Shown here: positions 8,234 to 16,472 of the stretch, piece by piece
Layout of the letters: every line of letters begins with the position of its first letter
How positions within the stretch are numbered: position 1 is the stretch's first letter
Origin: Pseudomonadota bacterium
GTDB taxonomy: Archaea; Thermoplasmatota; SW-10-69-26; JACQPN01; JAJPHT01
Assembly: GCA_021325135.1 (NCBI GenBank)
Contig: JAJPHT010000024.1
Span: forward strand, 1 to 32,164
DNA: 32,164 nt
Direction: 5' to 3'
Notes under the pieces: model-generated
Databases searched by the model: none
The model's input: only the letters and a program-made list of their open reading frames with translations
What the model was told of the DNA's origin: nothing
Program-made: the position numbers and the translations under genes

Positions 8234-9532
8234 TCAGCCCGAGCCCTTGTCCAGGGAGAGGACCTGCACGTCGAAGGTGAGGTCCTTGCCCGCCAGCTGG
8301 TTGGGGTTGGCCGTGGTCTCCACGACGTCGGTGTCGGTGAGCGCCTTCACGGTGTAGGTCTGGGGCGCCGAGAGCTGGTTGGCGCTCTTCTGGAACTGGA
8401 GCCCGATGGCGGGCGTGTGCGTGATGGTGATGGTCGTGTCGTTCACGGCCGTGAGCACGCTCATGTTGGGCCAGTACGAGGCGTAGGTGAAGCTCTCGCC
8501 CACGGCGATGGGCGGGTCGGTGCGGAACGTGACGTTCTTGTCGTCGGCCGCGGTCACGACGCTGGAGTTCGGCCAGTACTCGTAGACCGTGTAGCGCTCG
8601 CCCACGCGCACGTCGAGGCTGAGGTTGACCGCGGTCTCCGTGATGGAGGTGATGCGGTAGCGCAGGACCTCGCCGTTGCGCGTGTTGGTCACGGTGTCGC
8701 CCACCTTGTAGTCGGTGCCGTTGCCCTGGTTGGTGCCCTGGACGTAGCTGTTGAAGTCGCTGGGCGTGAGGCTGGCGCCGGGGAGGGGCAGCGTCTCGTT
8801 GTGCGGGATGGTGACGACGCGCGGCTCGGTGCTCTCCACGGTGGCGTTGCCGTACCCCTTCTCGGGGCCGAAGGTGAAGGTGCGCGTCTCGCCGGGCTGC
8901 ATGCCCAGCATGCCCTCGTAGAAGCCCTGCACGACGCTGACGCGCGGGACCGTCTGCACGGGGAGCGGCTGCGCGTTGGCCGTGGGCGGGAAGGTGTCGG
9001 TGTGGGCGAACGACTCGCCGCCAAGCTCGGGGTCGTTGGTGCTGAACACGTTGCCCGTGTCGGCAATGCGGCCCGTGTACATGACGGTGGCCGAGTCCCC
9101 GTCCGCGAAGCCCGCGGCGGGGGAAAGGACGCGCAGGTGGAGCGCGCCGTCGCGCTCGCGCAGCGTGGCGCCCTTGTCGTCCACGACCTTGACCGCGAGG
9201 TCGAGGCTGCCGGGCGTCGCGTTGGCGGGGACCTCCACCGGCACGAACACGGTGCGGTTGCCGCCGGGGAACGCGGTGACGAGGCCGGAGCGCGCGTCGA
9301 CGCCGGGCCCGCTGAGGACGGCGCCGAGGTCCAGCGCGGCGGTGCCGCGGTTGACGATCTTCACGGCGAAGGTGACGGTGTGGCCCGGCGTCGCGTTGAG
9401 CGTGGCGCGCAGGGGCTCGGCGTTGACCGCGGCCGCCACCGACTTGTCGCCCAGCACCGCGCTCACGCCATACGAGGCGCCGGCGATGGCGGCAAGGAAG
9501 ATCAGCAGGGCGATGGCCTTCAGCGGGGTCAT
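8234..9532 (-). CDS. Secreted/membrane-anchored FKBP-type peptidyl-prolyl isomerase with N-terminal Ig-like domain
   Basis: Signal peptide MTPLKAIALLIFLAAIAG. FKBP motifs GDSATVMYTGR, VVQGFYEGMLGMQPGETRTFTFGPEKGYG and LAGKDLTFDVQV, separated by a long insert. Confidence 0.85.
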   Translation of the reverse strand: MTPLKAIALLIFLAAIAGASYGVSAVLGDKSVAAAVNAEPLRATLNATPGHTVTFAVKIVNRGTAALDLGAVLSGPGVDARSGLVTAFPGGNRTVFVPVEVPANATPGSLDLAVKVVDDKGATLRERDGALHLRVLSPAAGFADGDSATVMYTGRIADTGNVFSTNDPELGGESFAHTDTFPPTANAQPLPVQTVPRVSVVQGFYEGMLGMQPGETRTFTFGPEKGYGNATVESTEPRVVTIPHNETLPLPGASLTPSDFNSYVQGTNQGNGTDYKVGDTVTNTRNGEVLRYRITSITETAVNLSLDVRVGERYTVYEYWPNSSVVTAADDKNVTFRTDPPIAVGESFTYASYWPNMSVLTAVNDTTITITHTPAIGLQFQKSANQLSAPQTYTVKALTDTDVVETTANPNQLAGKDLTFDVQVLSLDKGSG

Positions 9533-9574
9533 CGTGGCCAACGGGTCACCAGGCGCGCGCAACGGACCGCCCCC

Positions 9575-9607
9575 TTAAAAAGGGACCGCTCGCGCGGAAC
9601 GTTTTAT
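9575..9607. promoter_or_regulatory. Divergent TATA-like boxes (FKBP gene / carS)
   Basis: TTAAAAA at 9575-9581 (TTTTTAA on the minus strand) and TTTTAT at 9602-9607, 26 nt before the carS ATG at 9634. Confidence 0.55.
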
Positions 9608-9633
9608 CCGGGCCGCCGGGCTTGCGCGGAGCC

Positions 9634-10248
9634 ATGGACGTGGGCGCCTTCCTGGCCATGCTCTGGCCCACGGTCCTCACCGCGCTCTGGCTCATGCTGC
9701 CCGCGTACCTGGCCAACATGATGCCCGTCTTCGTGGGCGGCGGCGCGCCCATCGACATGGGGCGGCGCTGGTCCGACGGCAAGCCCATCCTGGGGCCGGG
9801 CAAGACGTGGCGCGGCCTCCTCCTGGGCCCCCTCATGGCGTGCGTGCTGGTGGGCTTCCTGCGCTGGCTCGTGGTGGACACGGGCTGGGGCAGGATGGGC
9901 GCGTGGAGCACCTGGGGCCCCGCGCCGTGGTGGTTCGTCTTCGTCTACCTCATGGGGCTGGGCGCGCTGGTGGGCGACGCGGTGAAGAGCTTCTTCAAGC
10001 GCCGCACCGGGCGCGAGCGCGGCGCGTCGTGGCCCGTCTTCGACCAGCTGGACTTCGTCGTGGGCTGCATCGCCTTCGCCGCGCTGGCGGCCTTCCTCCT
10101 GCACGCCACGGGCCTCACGCCCACCAACGTCTTCCTGGACGACTGGACGTGGCCGCGCATCCTGGCCATCGTGGTCCTGACGCCGGGCTTCCACCTGCTG
10201 GTGAACGTCATCGGCTGGAAGATGGGGCTCAAGGACGTGCCCTGGTAG
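9634..10248 (+). CDS. carS: CDP-archaeol synthase (CDP-2,3-bis-O-geranylgeranyl-sn-glycerol synthase)
   Basis: LPAYLANMMPV, PID.G....DGKPILGPGKTWRG, GDAVKSFFKRR.G.ERG, DQLDF and terminal LKDVPW, the CarS signature set. Confidence 0.95.
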   Translation: MDVGAFLAMLWPTVLTALWLMLPAYLANMMPVFVGGGAPIDMGRRWSDGKPILGPGKTWRGLLLGPLMACVLVGFLRWLVVDTGWGRMGAWSTWGPAPWWFVFVYLMGLGALVGDAVKSFFKRRTGRERGASWPVFDQLDFVVGCIAFAALAAFLLHATGLTPTNVFLDDWTWPRILAIVVLTPGFHLLVNVIGWKMGLKDVPW

Positions 10249-10381
10249 AGCCCGCTTGCGCCCGTGCGCCGCAGAGCCGCACCACCGCACCGCGCCACTG
10301 TGCCTGCGCCGCGCCCGCGCGCCAACGCCGAGGCGGACGGACCGAGAGCCACGACCCGCCGGGCGGCCATGGCGCCCCCGC

Positions 10382-11725
10382 ATGCGAACCGCCATCGCGA
10401 TCCTTGCCCTGCTCGTCGGGTCCTCCGCCCTCGCGGCGCTGGCCCCCGACGCGCAGGCCGCCGGCACGCAACGCCTCGCCGTCTTCGGAGACACGGGCAC
10501 GTCAGGCAGCACGCAGGCGAACGTCAACCTCGCCCTCTCCGAGGGCGCGACAGGCTACCTCGGCCTGGGCGACTACTACTACAGCGACACCGTGGCCCAC
10601 TGGATGGCGATGCTCTCGCCCCTGACCTCCAAGGGCCACTGGCTCGCGCTGGGCAACCACGACGACTACGGCGCCCTGGTCTCGCTCATGCCCTCCGGGC
10701 CCCAGTGGAGCGTCGACATCAACGGCGCGCGCGTCGTGGCCATCAACACCGAGGCGCGCATGGACGTGGGCTCCGCGCAGTACAACGCCGTGCGCGGCGA
10801 GCTGTGCAACGCGCAGGAGAGCGTCCGCGTCCTCGTCATGCACAAGCCGTGGTGGCTCCTCTCCGGCGCTCTCCACCCCGGCACCGAGTTCCCCGGCAGC
10901 CCCTCCGCCATGGACGCCATGGTGCGCGACTGCAAGGTGAGCCTCGTCCTCTCGGGCCACGAGCACAACTACCAGCGCATGACGCGCAACGGCATCGCCT
11001 ACGCCATCGTGGGCACCGGCGGCGAGAGCCTCTACCCCGTCGCGGGCTCGCCCTCGGGCACCGTCGCGTCGTGCTCGTGCTACGGCCACCTCGTCCTCGA
11101 CCTGGGCGCCTCGGGCTACTCCGCGCACTGGGAGACGACCTCCGGCTCGACGCGGGACGCCTGGAGCTTCACCGCGCCCACGACGACCCCGCCCCCTCCG
11201 CCCTCCACCGGGAGCGCGACGTTCACGGGCGAGAGCGGCAACGAGTGGTGGGTGCAGGTCTACGTCAGCGGCTCGCCCACCGCCGTCTCCGTGCGCGACG
11301 CCACGGCCAACGGCGCGTGGACCGCGCTCGTCCACCAGTCGTGGGGCGCGTGGGCGAAGAGCGTCCACGTCCTGCCGGGCAACGCGGTGCAGTTCCAGGC
11401 GACGCTCCCCGGAGGCGCCGTGGCGACAAGCTGCGTCATGGCGCACCCCGGAGGCTCGTGCGTGGGCGGCGGCTTCGCGGCGACGTTCACGAACGCGCGC
11501 GGCAACGCGTGGTGGGTGGAGGCCGACGTGGCCGCCACAGGCGGAACGCTCGTGGGCGTCGACGCCTCGGTGAACGGCGGCCCGTGGGTCCCGCTGTCGC
11601 ACACGTCGTGGGGCTCGTGGGCGAAGAGCATCTCCGCGCCCGCGGGCTCGCAGGTGCGCTTCCGCGCGGACGCCTCCGGGGGCGCCACGTCCGTGAGCGG
11701 CTCCTACGCGTGGCCCCCGCCGTGA
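10382..11725 (+). CDS. Secreted purple-acid-phosphatase-like metallophosphoesterase with two C-terminal Trp-rich domains
   Basis: Signal peptide MRTAIAILALLVGSSALAALA. Metal motifs GDTG, GDYYY, GNHD, MH and GHEH. Pro/Thr linker, then two GNxWWV...SWGxWAKS repeats. Confidence 0.85.
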   Translation: MRTAIAILALLVGSSALAALAPDAQAAGTQRLAVFGDTGTSGSTQANVNLALSEGATGYLGLGDYYYSDTVAHWMAMLSPLTSKGHWLALGNHDDYGALVSLMPSGPQWSVDINGARVVAINTEARMDVGSAQYNAVRGELCNAQESVRVLVMHKPWWLLSGALHPGTEFPGSPSAMDAMVRDCKVSLVLSGHEHNYQRMTRNGIAYAIVGTGGESLYPVAGSPSGTVASCSCYGHLVLDLGASGYSAHWETTSGSTRDAWSFTAPTTTPPPPPSTGSATFTGESGNEWWVQVYVSGSPTAVSVRDATANGAWTALVHQSWGAWAKSVHVLPGNAVQFQATLPGGAVATSCVMAHPGGSCVGGGFAATFTNARGNAWWVEADVAATGGTLVGVDASVNGGPWVPLSHTSWGSWAKSISAPAGSQVRFRADASGGATSVSGSYAWPPP

Positions 11726-11729
11726 ACTG

Positions 11730-12641
11730 CTATCGCGCCATCGCGCGGTGGGCCTCCGCGAGCCGCCGCGCGATGGCGTCGTTCACGCCCCCGTCGGTCC
11801 AGTAATACTGGTGGGAGAGCGGGTTCCAGCTCGTCAGCGCGTTGCCGACGTTCATCTGGAGGTCCTCCTTCACGGCGCGGGCGTAGGCCTCGTTGAGCCC
11901 CTTGAGCGGGTAGCCGATGACGTCGTCCGCGTCGTAGACGTTGGTCCAGCCCGCGCCCGCGGCGGAGAGCCCCGGGTGGTGTACGTCCAGCAGCGGAGAG
12001 GGGACCGTGATGGGGACGCCGTAGTCCTTGCGCGGGTCCGCGTTGGGGTAGCGCAGGCTCCAGAGCGCGATGGGGCTGCCCAGCGTGACGAGGTGCGAGA
12101 GCGTCTCCAGCCGCTCCAGGGGCGAGTCGCCCATCTGCGCGCGAACGGGCCCCGAGAGAAGCGGCGTCTCGGGATGCTTGCGCGCGTGCTTGACGTGCCC
12201 GTGCTCGGTCTGCGCGTCGTAGACGTAGTTGCTCGCGACCACCGTTCCCAGGCTGTGCGCCACGATGCACAACGGCGCCTTGGGGCCGGCCTTCTGCGCG
12301 AGCGTGCGCAGCGTGCGCGCGACCTCGGCGTGGATGCCGTCGTAGACGTGCCGGTCGTTGGGCGTCGGCTGGTAGGCGATGGCGTCCGCCGCGAACTCGA
12401 CCATGAACTGCCGCAGCCCCTCGTAGCGCAGCGTCCCGCCCGCCTCGACGCGCCGCAGCAGCTCCTCCTCGCGCCCCTCCACGACGGGCGACCAGTAGAC
12501 GGGCTCCACCACGAGGTCCTCCGCGCGGCCCCCGTGGGCCACGAAGCGCTGCGTGAGCTTCTCCTTCATGCCGTCCGCGAAGGTGGGGGGCGTGTTGCCG
12601 ATGCCGTGGATGACGGCGACCGCGATCTTGCCGGGGGGCAT
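11730..12641 (-). CDS. Alpha/beta-hydrolase-fold protein (lipase/phospholipase-like)
   Basis: AVIHGIG oxyanion-type motif, nucleophile elbow AHSLG, VTLGSPI, W.NVYD.DDVIGYPL, and SH..YW near the C-terminus. Start at ATG 12641 (MPPGKIAV). Confidence 0.72.
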   Translation of the reverse strand: MPPGKIAVAVIHGIGNTPPTFADGMKEKLTQRFVAHGGRAEDLVVEPVYWSPVVEGREEELLRRVEAGGTLRYEGLRQFMVEFAADAIAYQPTPNDRHVYDGIHAEVARTLRTLAQKAGPKAPLCIVAHSLGTVVASNYVYDAQTEHGHVKHARKHPETPLLSGPVRAQMGDSPLERLETLSHLVTLGSPIALWSLRYPNADPRKDYGVPITVPSPLLDVHHPGLSAAGAGWTNVYDADDVIGYPLKGLNEAYARAVKEDLQMNVGNALTSWNPLSHQYYWTDGGVNDAIARRLAEAHRAMAR

Positions 12642-12705
12642 GCGGGCGCAAGGCCGGGGGGTCGCATGAAGGGCGCTGTTATTTCCTGCTCGCGCGCTCC
12701 CCGAT

Positions 12706-12767
12706 ACGACCCGAACCCACGAACCAAAGGTAAGACTCTGGTCCGGTGGTTCGTGGGTCCGGGTTGT
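12706..12767. repeat. Intergenic inverted repeat (21-bp arms, 19/21 matched, 20-nt spacer)
   Basis: ACGACCCGAACCCACGAACCA (12706-12726) versus TGGTTCGTGGGTCCGGGTTGT (12747-12767). Confidence 0.8.
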
Positions 12768-12799
12768 GGCGGGGAAAGGGGGCGCAGCCCCCAGCGGGC

Positions 12800-13942
12800 T
12801 CAATACTTCGGCACCGAGGGGTCGACCTCGTCGGACCACGCGAGGATGCCCCCGTCCAGGTTCCAGACGCGCTTGAACCCAAGCGTCTGCAAGAACTGGA
12901 GCGCCTTGGCGCTGCGCACGCCGCTCCGGCAGTAGAGGACGATGTCCTCGGTCTGCGGAAGCTCGGCGGCCCGCGCGGCCAGCTCGTGGAGCGGCACGAG
13001 CTTCCCCCCGGGGATGCGCGCAATCTCGGCCTCGTGGGGCTCGCGCACGTCCACCAGCAGCACGTCCTTGCGCGCGAGGCGCGCCTCCAGCGCGCGGGCG
13101 TCCATGGCGGGGATGCCCTCAGGCACCTCTTCCTCCTCGCCGCGGATGCCGCAGAACTCCTCGTAGTCGATGAGCTCCTTGATGGTGGCCCTGGGGCCGC
13201 AGAGGGGGCAGTCGGGGTTCTTGGCGAGGCGGAGCTTCGTGAACTCCATCTCCAGCGCGTCGAAGAGGAGGAGCTTCCCGATGAGCGGCTCGCCGCGGCC
13301 CACGATGAGCTTGATGGCCTCGGCCGCCTGGATGGAGCCCATGATGCCGGGGAGCACGCCCAGGACGCCCCCCTCGGCGCACGAGGGCACGAGGCCCGGC
13401 GGCGGGGGCTTGGCGTAGAGGCAGCGATAGCACGGCCCGCGCCTGGCGTCGAACACGCTGGCCTGCCCCTCGAAGCGGAAGATGCTGGCGTAGACGTTGG
13501 GCTTCCCCTGGAGCACGGCGACGTCGTTGGCGAGATATCGCGTGGGGAAGTTGTCGGTGCCGTCCAGGATCATGTCGTAGTCGCGCAGGATGCCGTGCGC
13601 GTTGGAGGCCTCGAAGCGCGTCTCGTGGACCTGCACGTCGATGTGCGGGTTCATGGCGCGCAGGCGCGCGGCGGCGGTCTGCGCCTTGCTCTTGCCCACG
13701 TCGTCCTTGGTGAAGAGGATCTGCCGGTGGAGGTTGCTCTCGTCCACCACGTCGAAGTCCACGAGGCCCAGCGTGCCCACGCCCGCGGCGGCGAGGTACT
13801 GCGCGGCGGGCGCGCCTAGGCCGCCCGTGCCCACCAGGAGCACCCTGGCGTCCTTGAGCTTCTCCTGCCCCTTGAGGCCCACCTCGGGCAGGATGAGATG
13901 GCGGGAGTAGTGGGCGATCTCGCGGTTGGAGAGCTTCGCCGT
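12800..13942 (-). CDS. moeB: MoeB/ThiF (UbaA-like) adenylyltransferase fused to a C-terminal rhodanese domain (MoeZ type)
   Basis: YSRHLILPEVG, GTGGLG, DFDVVDESNLHRQ, GPCYRCLY, SCAEGGVLG, CPLCG, and rhodanese DVRE...LYCRSGVRS. Start is uncertain: ACG 13942 after GGTGA, or TTG 13972. Confidence 0.93.
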   Translation of the reverse strand, partial: TAKLSNREIAHYSRHLILPEVGLKGQEKLKDARVLLVGTGGLGAPAAQYLAAAGVGTLGLVDFDVVDESNLHRQILFTKDDVGKSKAQTAAARLRAMNPHIDVQVHETRFEASNAHGILRDYDMILDGTDNFPTRYLANDVAVLQGKPNVYASIFRFEGQASVFDARRGPCYRCLYAKPPPPGLVPSCAEGGVLGVLPGIMGSIQAAEAIKLIVGRGEPLIGKLLLFDALEMEFTKLRLAKNPDCPLCGPRATIKELIDYEEFCGIRGEEEEVPEGIPAMDARALEARLARKDVLLVDVREPHEAEIARIPGGKLVPLHELAARAAELPQTEDIVLYCRSGVRSAKALQFLQTLGFKRVWNLDGGILAWSDEVDPSVPKY

Positions 13943-13946
13943 GATA

Positions 13947-14222
13947 TCACCCGCCCGCCACGCTGGGGACAATGAGGAGCGTGTCCCCCGCGCGCACGGG
14001 CGTCGAGGGGCCCTGGAGCTCGCGCACGTCGCGCTCGCCCAGGTAGACGTTCACGAAGCTGCGAAGCTGGCCGGAGTCCTCGTAGAGGTGCGTCCTGAGC
14101 GCGGGGTGCTTGGCGACGAGGGCCTGGAGCGCCTCGCCCACGCTGGCCGCCTGCACGGCGGACCTCGCCTCATGGCCCGCGTAGGCGCGCAGGGCGGTGG
14201 GGATGCGGACGGTGACGGTCAC
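13947..14222 (-). CDS. Ubiquitin-like MoaD/ThiS/CysO (SAMP-like) sulfur carrier
   Basis: VRIPTALRAYAG, LRSFVNVYLGERDVR, C-terminal VPSVAGG di-glycine. GTG 14222 lies about 23 nt after a TTTTCAAG box; GTG 14243 is the alternative. Confidence 0.9.
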   Translation of the reverse strand: MTVTVRIPTALRAYAGHEARSAVQAASVGEALQALVAKHPALRTHLYEDSGQLRSFVNVYLGERDVRELQGPSTPVRAGDTLLIVPSVAGG

Positions 14223-14286
14223 GGGCTTCCCTAGGCCCTCCACCTTGAAAAAGCCGAGTTCACGGCAAGGCGCGACCCCCGATGGG

Positions 14287-14607
14287 TCAGGAGAGCCGTC
14301 CTGCCAGCGCGTCGGCCATGCGCTGGGAGAATGCGCCTCGCGTGACCGCGACGCCCCCCAGCGCGCGGACCGCCGCCGCGCGGTGCTCCTCGACGTGGGG
14401 GTAGCAGGCGAGGATGGGCAGGGAGGGGTGCTCCGCGCGGATGGCGCGCAGCTGCTCCTCGACGCCCGGCGCGCTCACGTCGGCGACGACGCGCGCGACG
14501 CCCTCCGCGGAGCCCTGGTAGCGGATCGCGACGCCGGCCTGCTTCGCCGCCTCGTTGAGCTTGGGCTTGAAGAAGAGGTCGAACCCCAGCGCGAGGACGG
14601 CGTCCAT
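14287..14607 (-). CDS. Small receiver (CheY)-like fold protein, degenerate
   Basis: DLFF..KL..AA, VVADVS, ILACYPHV...AA...G pattern resembles stand-alone atypical receiver domains; the canonical conserved Lys is not seen. Confidence 0.6.
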   Translation of the reverse strand: MDAVLALGFDLFFKPKLNEAAKQAGVAIRYQGSAEGVARVVADVSAPGVEEQLRAIRAEHPSLPILACYPHVEEHRAAAVRALGGVAVTRGAFSQRMADALAGRLS

Positions 14608-14646
14608 GCCGTCCCCGCGAGGGCCCGTCCCGCGCTTAGCCGTTGC

Positions 14647-15822
14647 TCACCACGCGGAGCCGCCGCCGTCGCGGCACGTGAACCCGTAGCCGATGTTCAG
14701 GTCGTCGGTCGCGATCAGGCTGACGCCGAAGTTGCTGAAGCTGCACGGGCTGGTGTTGCCGCCCAGGGGCGTGCTGTACCAGGTCTCGTGGGGCGCGTTG
14801 TGGAACGCGCCCGAGGAGTCGCGGTACTGGACGGCGGGGTTCTGCTCCTCGCGGTCCACGATGGTCTTGGTCGTGTCGAGGCCGGAGACCGACGCGGAGG
14901 CCTCCGAGACGCCCGAAAGCTCGGGGCCCGTGGTGCTGGCGGAGAAGGCGTTCACCTGGGTGATCATCGTCCCGTCCCGCCAGCACTTGTACGTCGCCGT
15001 GTTGCTGCTGGAGTAGTAGGCGTAGGAGTGGGACGTGGAGCTCCATCCGTACCACGTGGCGCTGTCGCCGCGGAACTGCTGGTTGTTCTGGTCGAAGTAG
15101 TCGCAGAAGGCGCCATACTGGAAGCCCGGGCTGGGCTGGTCGTTGCAGACCTTGGTGCCGGCCTGGATGAAGGGCAGGTGGGGGCTGCCGGTCGACCACT
15201 TCTGGCTGGGCCAGCGGTAGTGGCACTCCTCGGTCGAGGACGCGAACGTGTAGGTGTCCGCGTTGTTGCTCATGGTGATGCCCCCCGAGATGCCGTAGGA
15301 GACGACGCTGCTGGACTGGAAGAGGCTGACGCCGACCTGGAGGTACTGGTCGGTGGTCACGGTGGCCGGCGTCGCGTGGCCCAGGAGGTCAGGCAGCTCG
15401 GGCACCTCGGTGGGGCGCGGGGAGGGCCCGCAGGGCGAGCCGTCGACCGCGCAGCCGACGCCGGGGAACGCGACCCAGAAGCAGTTGGGCGCGTAGAGGA
15501 GCACGACGGGCGTGGCGGCGGGCGGCGGGCTCTCCCGGGCGCAGAGGCTCGCTTCGGGGGCGACGAGCACCGAGGCGTCGGGGGTCGTGTAGAGGTAGGA
15601 CGCGCCGTCGGTGGCGACGTAGGTGCCCGGCGGGACCTGCACGTCGCGCCCCTGGAACGAGACGTGGGAGGCGACGGTCCAGGGCACGTGGGCGATCTGG
15701 GCGTCGGGATCGCCCGGGGGCGAGACGAGGGTCGGAGCTTCCAAGGGCGTCTGGGCGACGACGACGCCCAGGAGCGCAGCGGTCGCCAGCGTGGCAGCGA
15801 TCAAAATGGGGAAGGTTCGCAT
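14647..15822 (-). CDS. Secreted Cys-containing hypothetical protein (possible glutamic-peptidase-like C-terminal domain)
   Basis: Signal peptide MRTFPILIAATLATAALLGVVVA, Pro-rich N-terminal region, Ser/Thr/Tyr-rich beta-type C-terminal domain with FIQAG. GGAGG upstream. Confidence 0.7.
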   Translation of the reverse strand: MRTFPILIAATLATAALLGVVVAQTPLEAPTLVSPPGDPDAQIAHVPWTVASHVSFQGRDVQVPPGTYVATDGASYLYTTPDASVLVAPEASLCARESPPPAATPVVLLYAPNCFWVAFPGVGCAVDGSPCGPSPRPTEVPELPDLLGHATPATVTTDQYLQVGVSLFQSSSVVSYGISGGITMSNNADTYTFASSTEECHYRWPSQKWSTGSPHLPFIQAGTKVCNDQPSPGFQYGAFCDYFDQNNQQFRGDSATWYGWSSTSHSYAYYSSSNTATYKCWRDGTMITQVNAFSASTTGPELSGVSEASASVSGLDTTKTIVDREEQNPAVQYRDSSGAFHNAPHETWYSTPLGGNTSPCSFSNFGVSLIATDDLNIGYGFTCRDGGGSAW

Positions 15823-15918
15823 GTACGTCCCTGCATGCCTCCTCGCGGAGAGCGGACGCCCAAAGATGTTAGCGTCGAAATATCCTCGCAAGTAGCTTGT
15901 CGCCTGCCCGCCGGGCCC

Positions 15919-16434
15919 TCAGCGCCGCCGCAGGAGAAGCACGGCGAAGGCGGCCGCGGCGACGAGCGCCACGGCCTCGAAGCCCGGGTCGCGCGACGAG
16001 GCCGTGCTGCCCGCGGGCGTCGTCGCGCCGGCGGGCGTGGTCGAGGGCGTCGAGGCCGTGGCGGGCGGCGGCGTGCTCGCGGTCGCGTTGGCGCCGCGGA
16101 CCACGAGGAGGCCCGTCATGTGGCTCGCGTCGACGGGGTCGGCGGAGTTCGCGTGGAGCCTGCAGTAGAACTTGTACGTGCCCGGCGTCGCGGGCGCGGT
16201 GAACGTGGCGGTCTCGCCCCCCTGCTTGAGGCCCGTGTCCCAGAGGCCGTCCACGGAGGTGACGGTGTGCCCTTCGCCCTGCACGTCCACCGTGACGGTG
16301 GCGCCGGGGTCCACCTCCAGCGTCTGGGGCTCGAAGGCGTAGTTCTTGGCGACGAGATGGGGGCCCGTCTGCGGCGCGGCAAGCGGCGTGGCGCAGAGGA
16401 GGGCAAGAAGAAGGGAAAGCGCCAGGGCGCGCAT
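15919..16434 (-). CDS. Cupredoxin (plastocyanin/halocyanin-like) with PGF-CTERM anchor
   Basis: Signal peptide MRALALSLLLALL, FEPQTLEV.PG.TVT, GHTVT, PGTYKFYCRLH...HMTGLLVV (type 1 Cu ligands H, C, H, M). Thr/Pro linker and C-terminal DPGFEAVALVAAAAFAVLLLRRR. Confidence 0.9.
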   Translation of the reverse strand: MRALALSLLLALLCATPLAAPQTGPHLVAKNYAFEPQTLEVDPGATVTVDVQGEGHTVTSVDGLWDTGLKQGGETATFTAPATPGTYKFYCRLHANSADPVDASHMTGLLVVRGANATASTPPPATASTPSTTPAGATTPAGSTASSRDPGFEAVALVAAAAFAVLLLRRR

Positions 16435-16472
16435 CGGACGGGAAGCGCGCCCTGGCGCAAAAAAGCAGGCGC

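Noticed and set aside
10249-10381. CCGCA/CCGCG-rich spacer between carS and the phosphatase as a repeat or ncRNA
   Set aside because: Only short degenerate GC-rich units with no consistent period or long stem.
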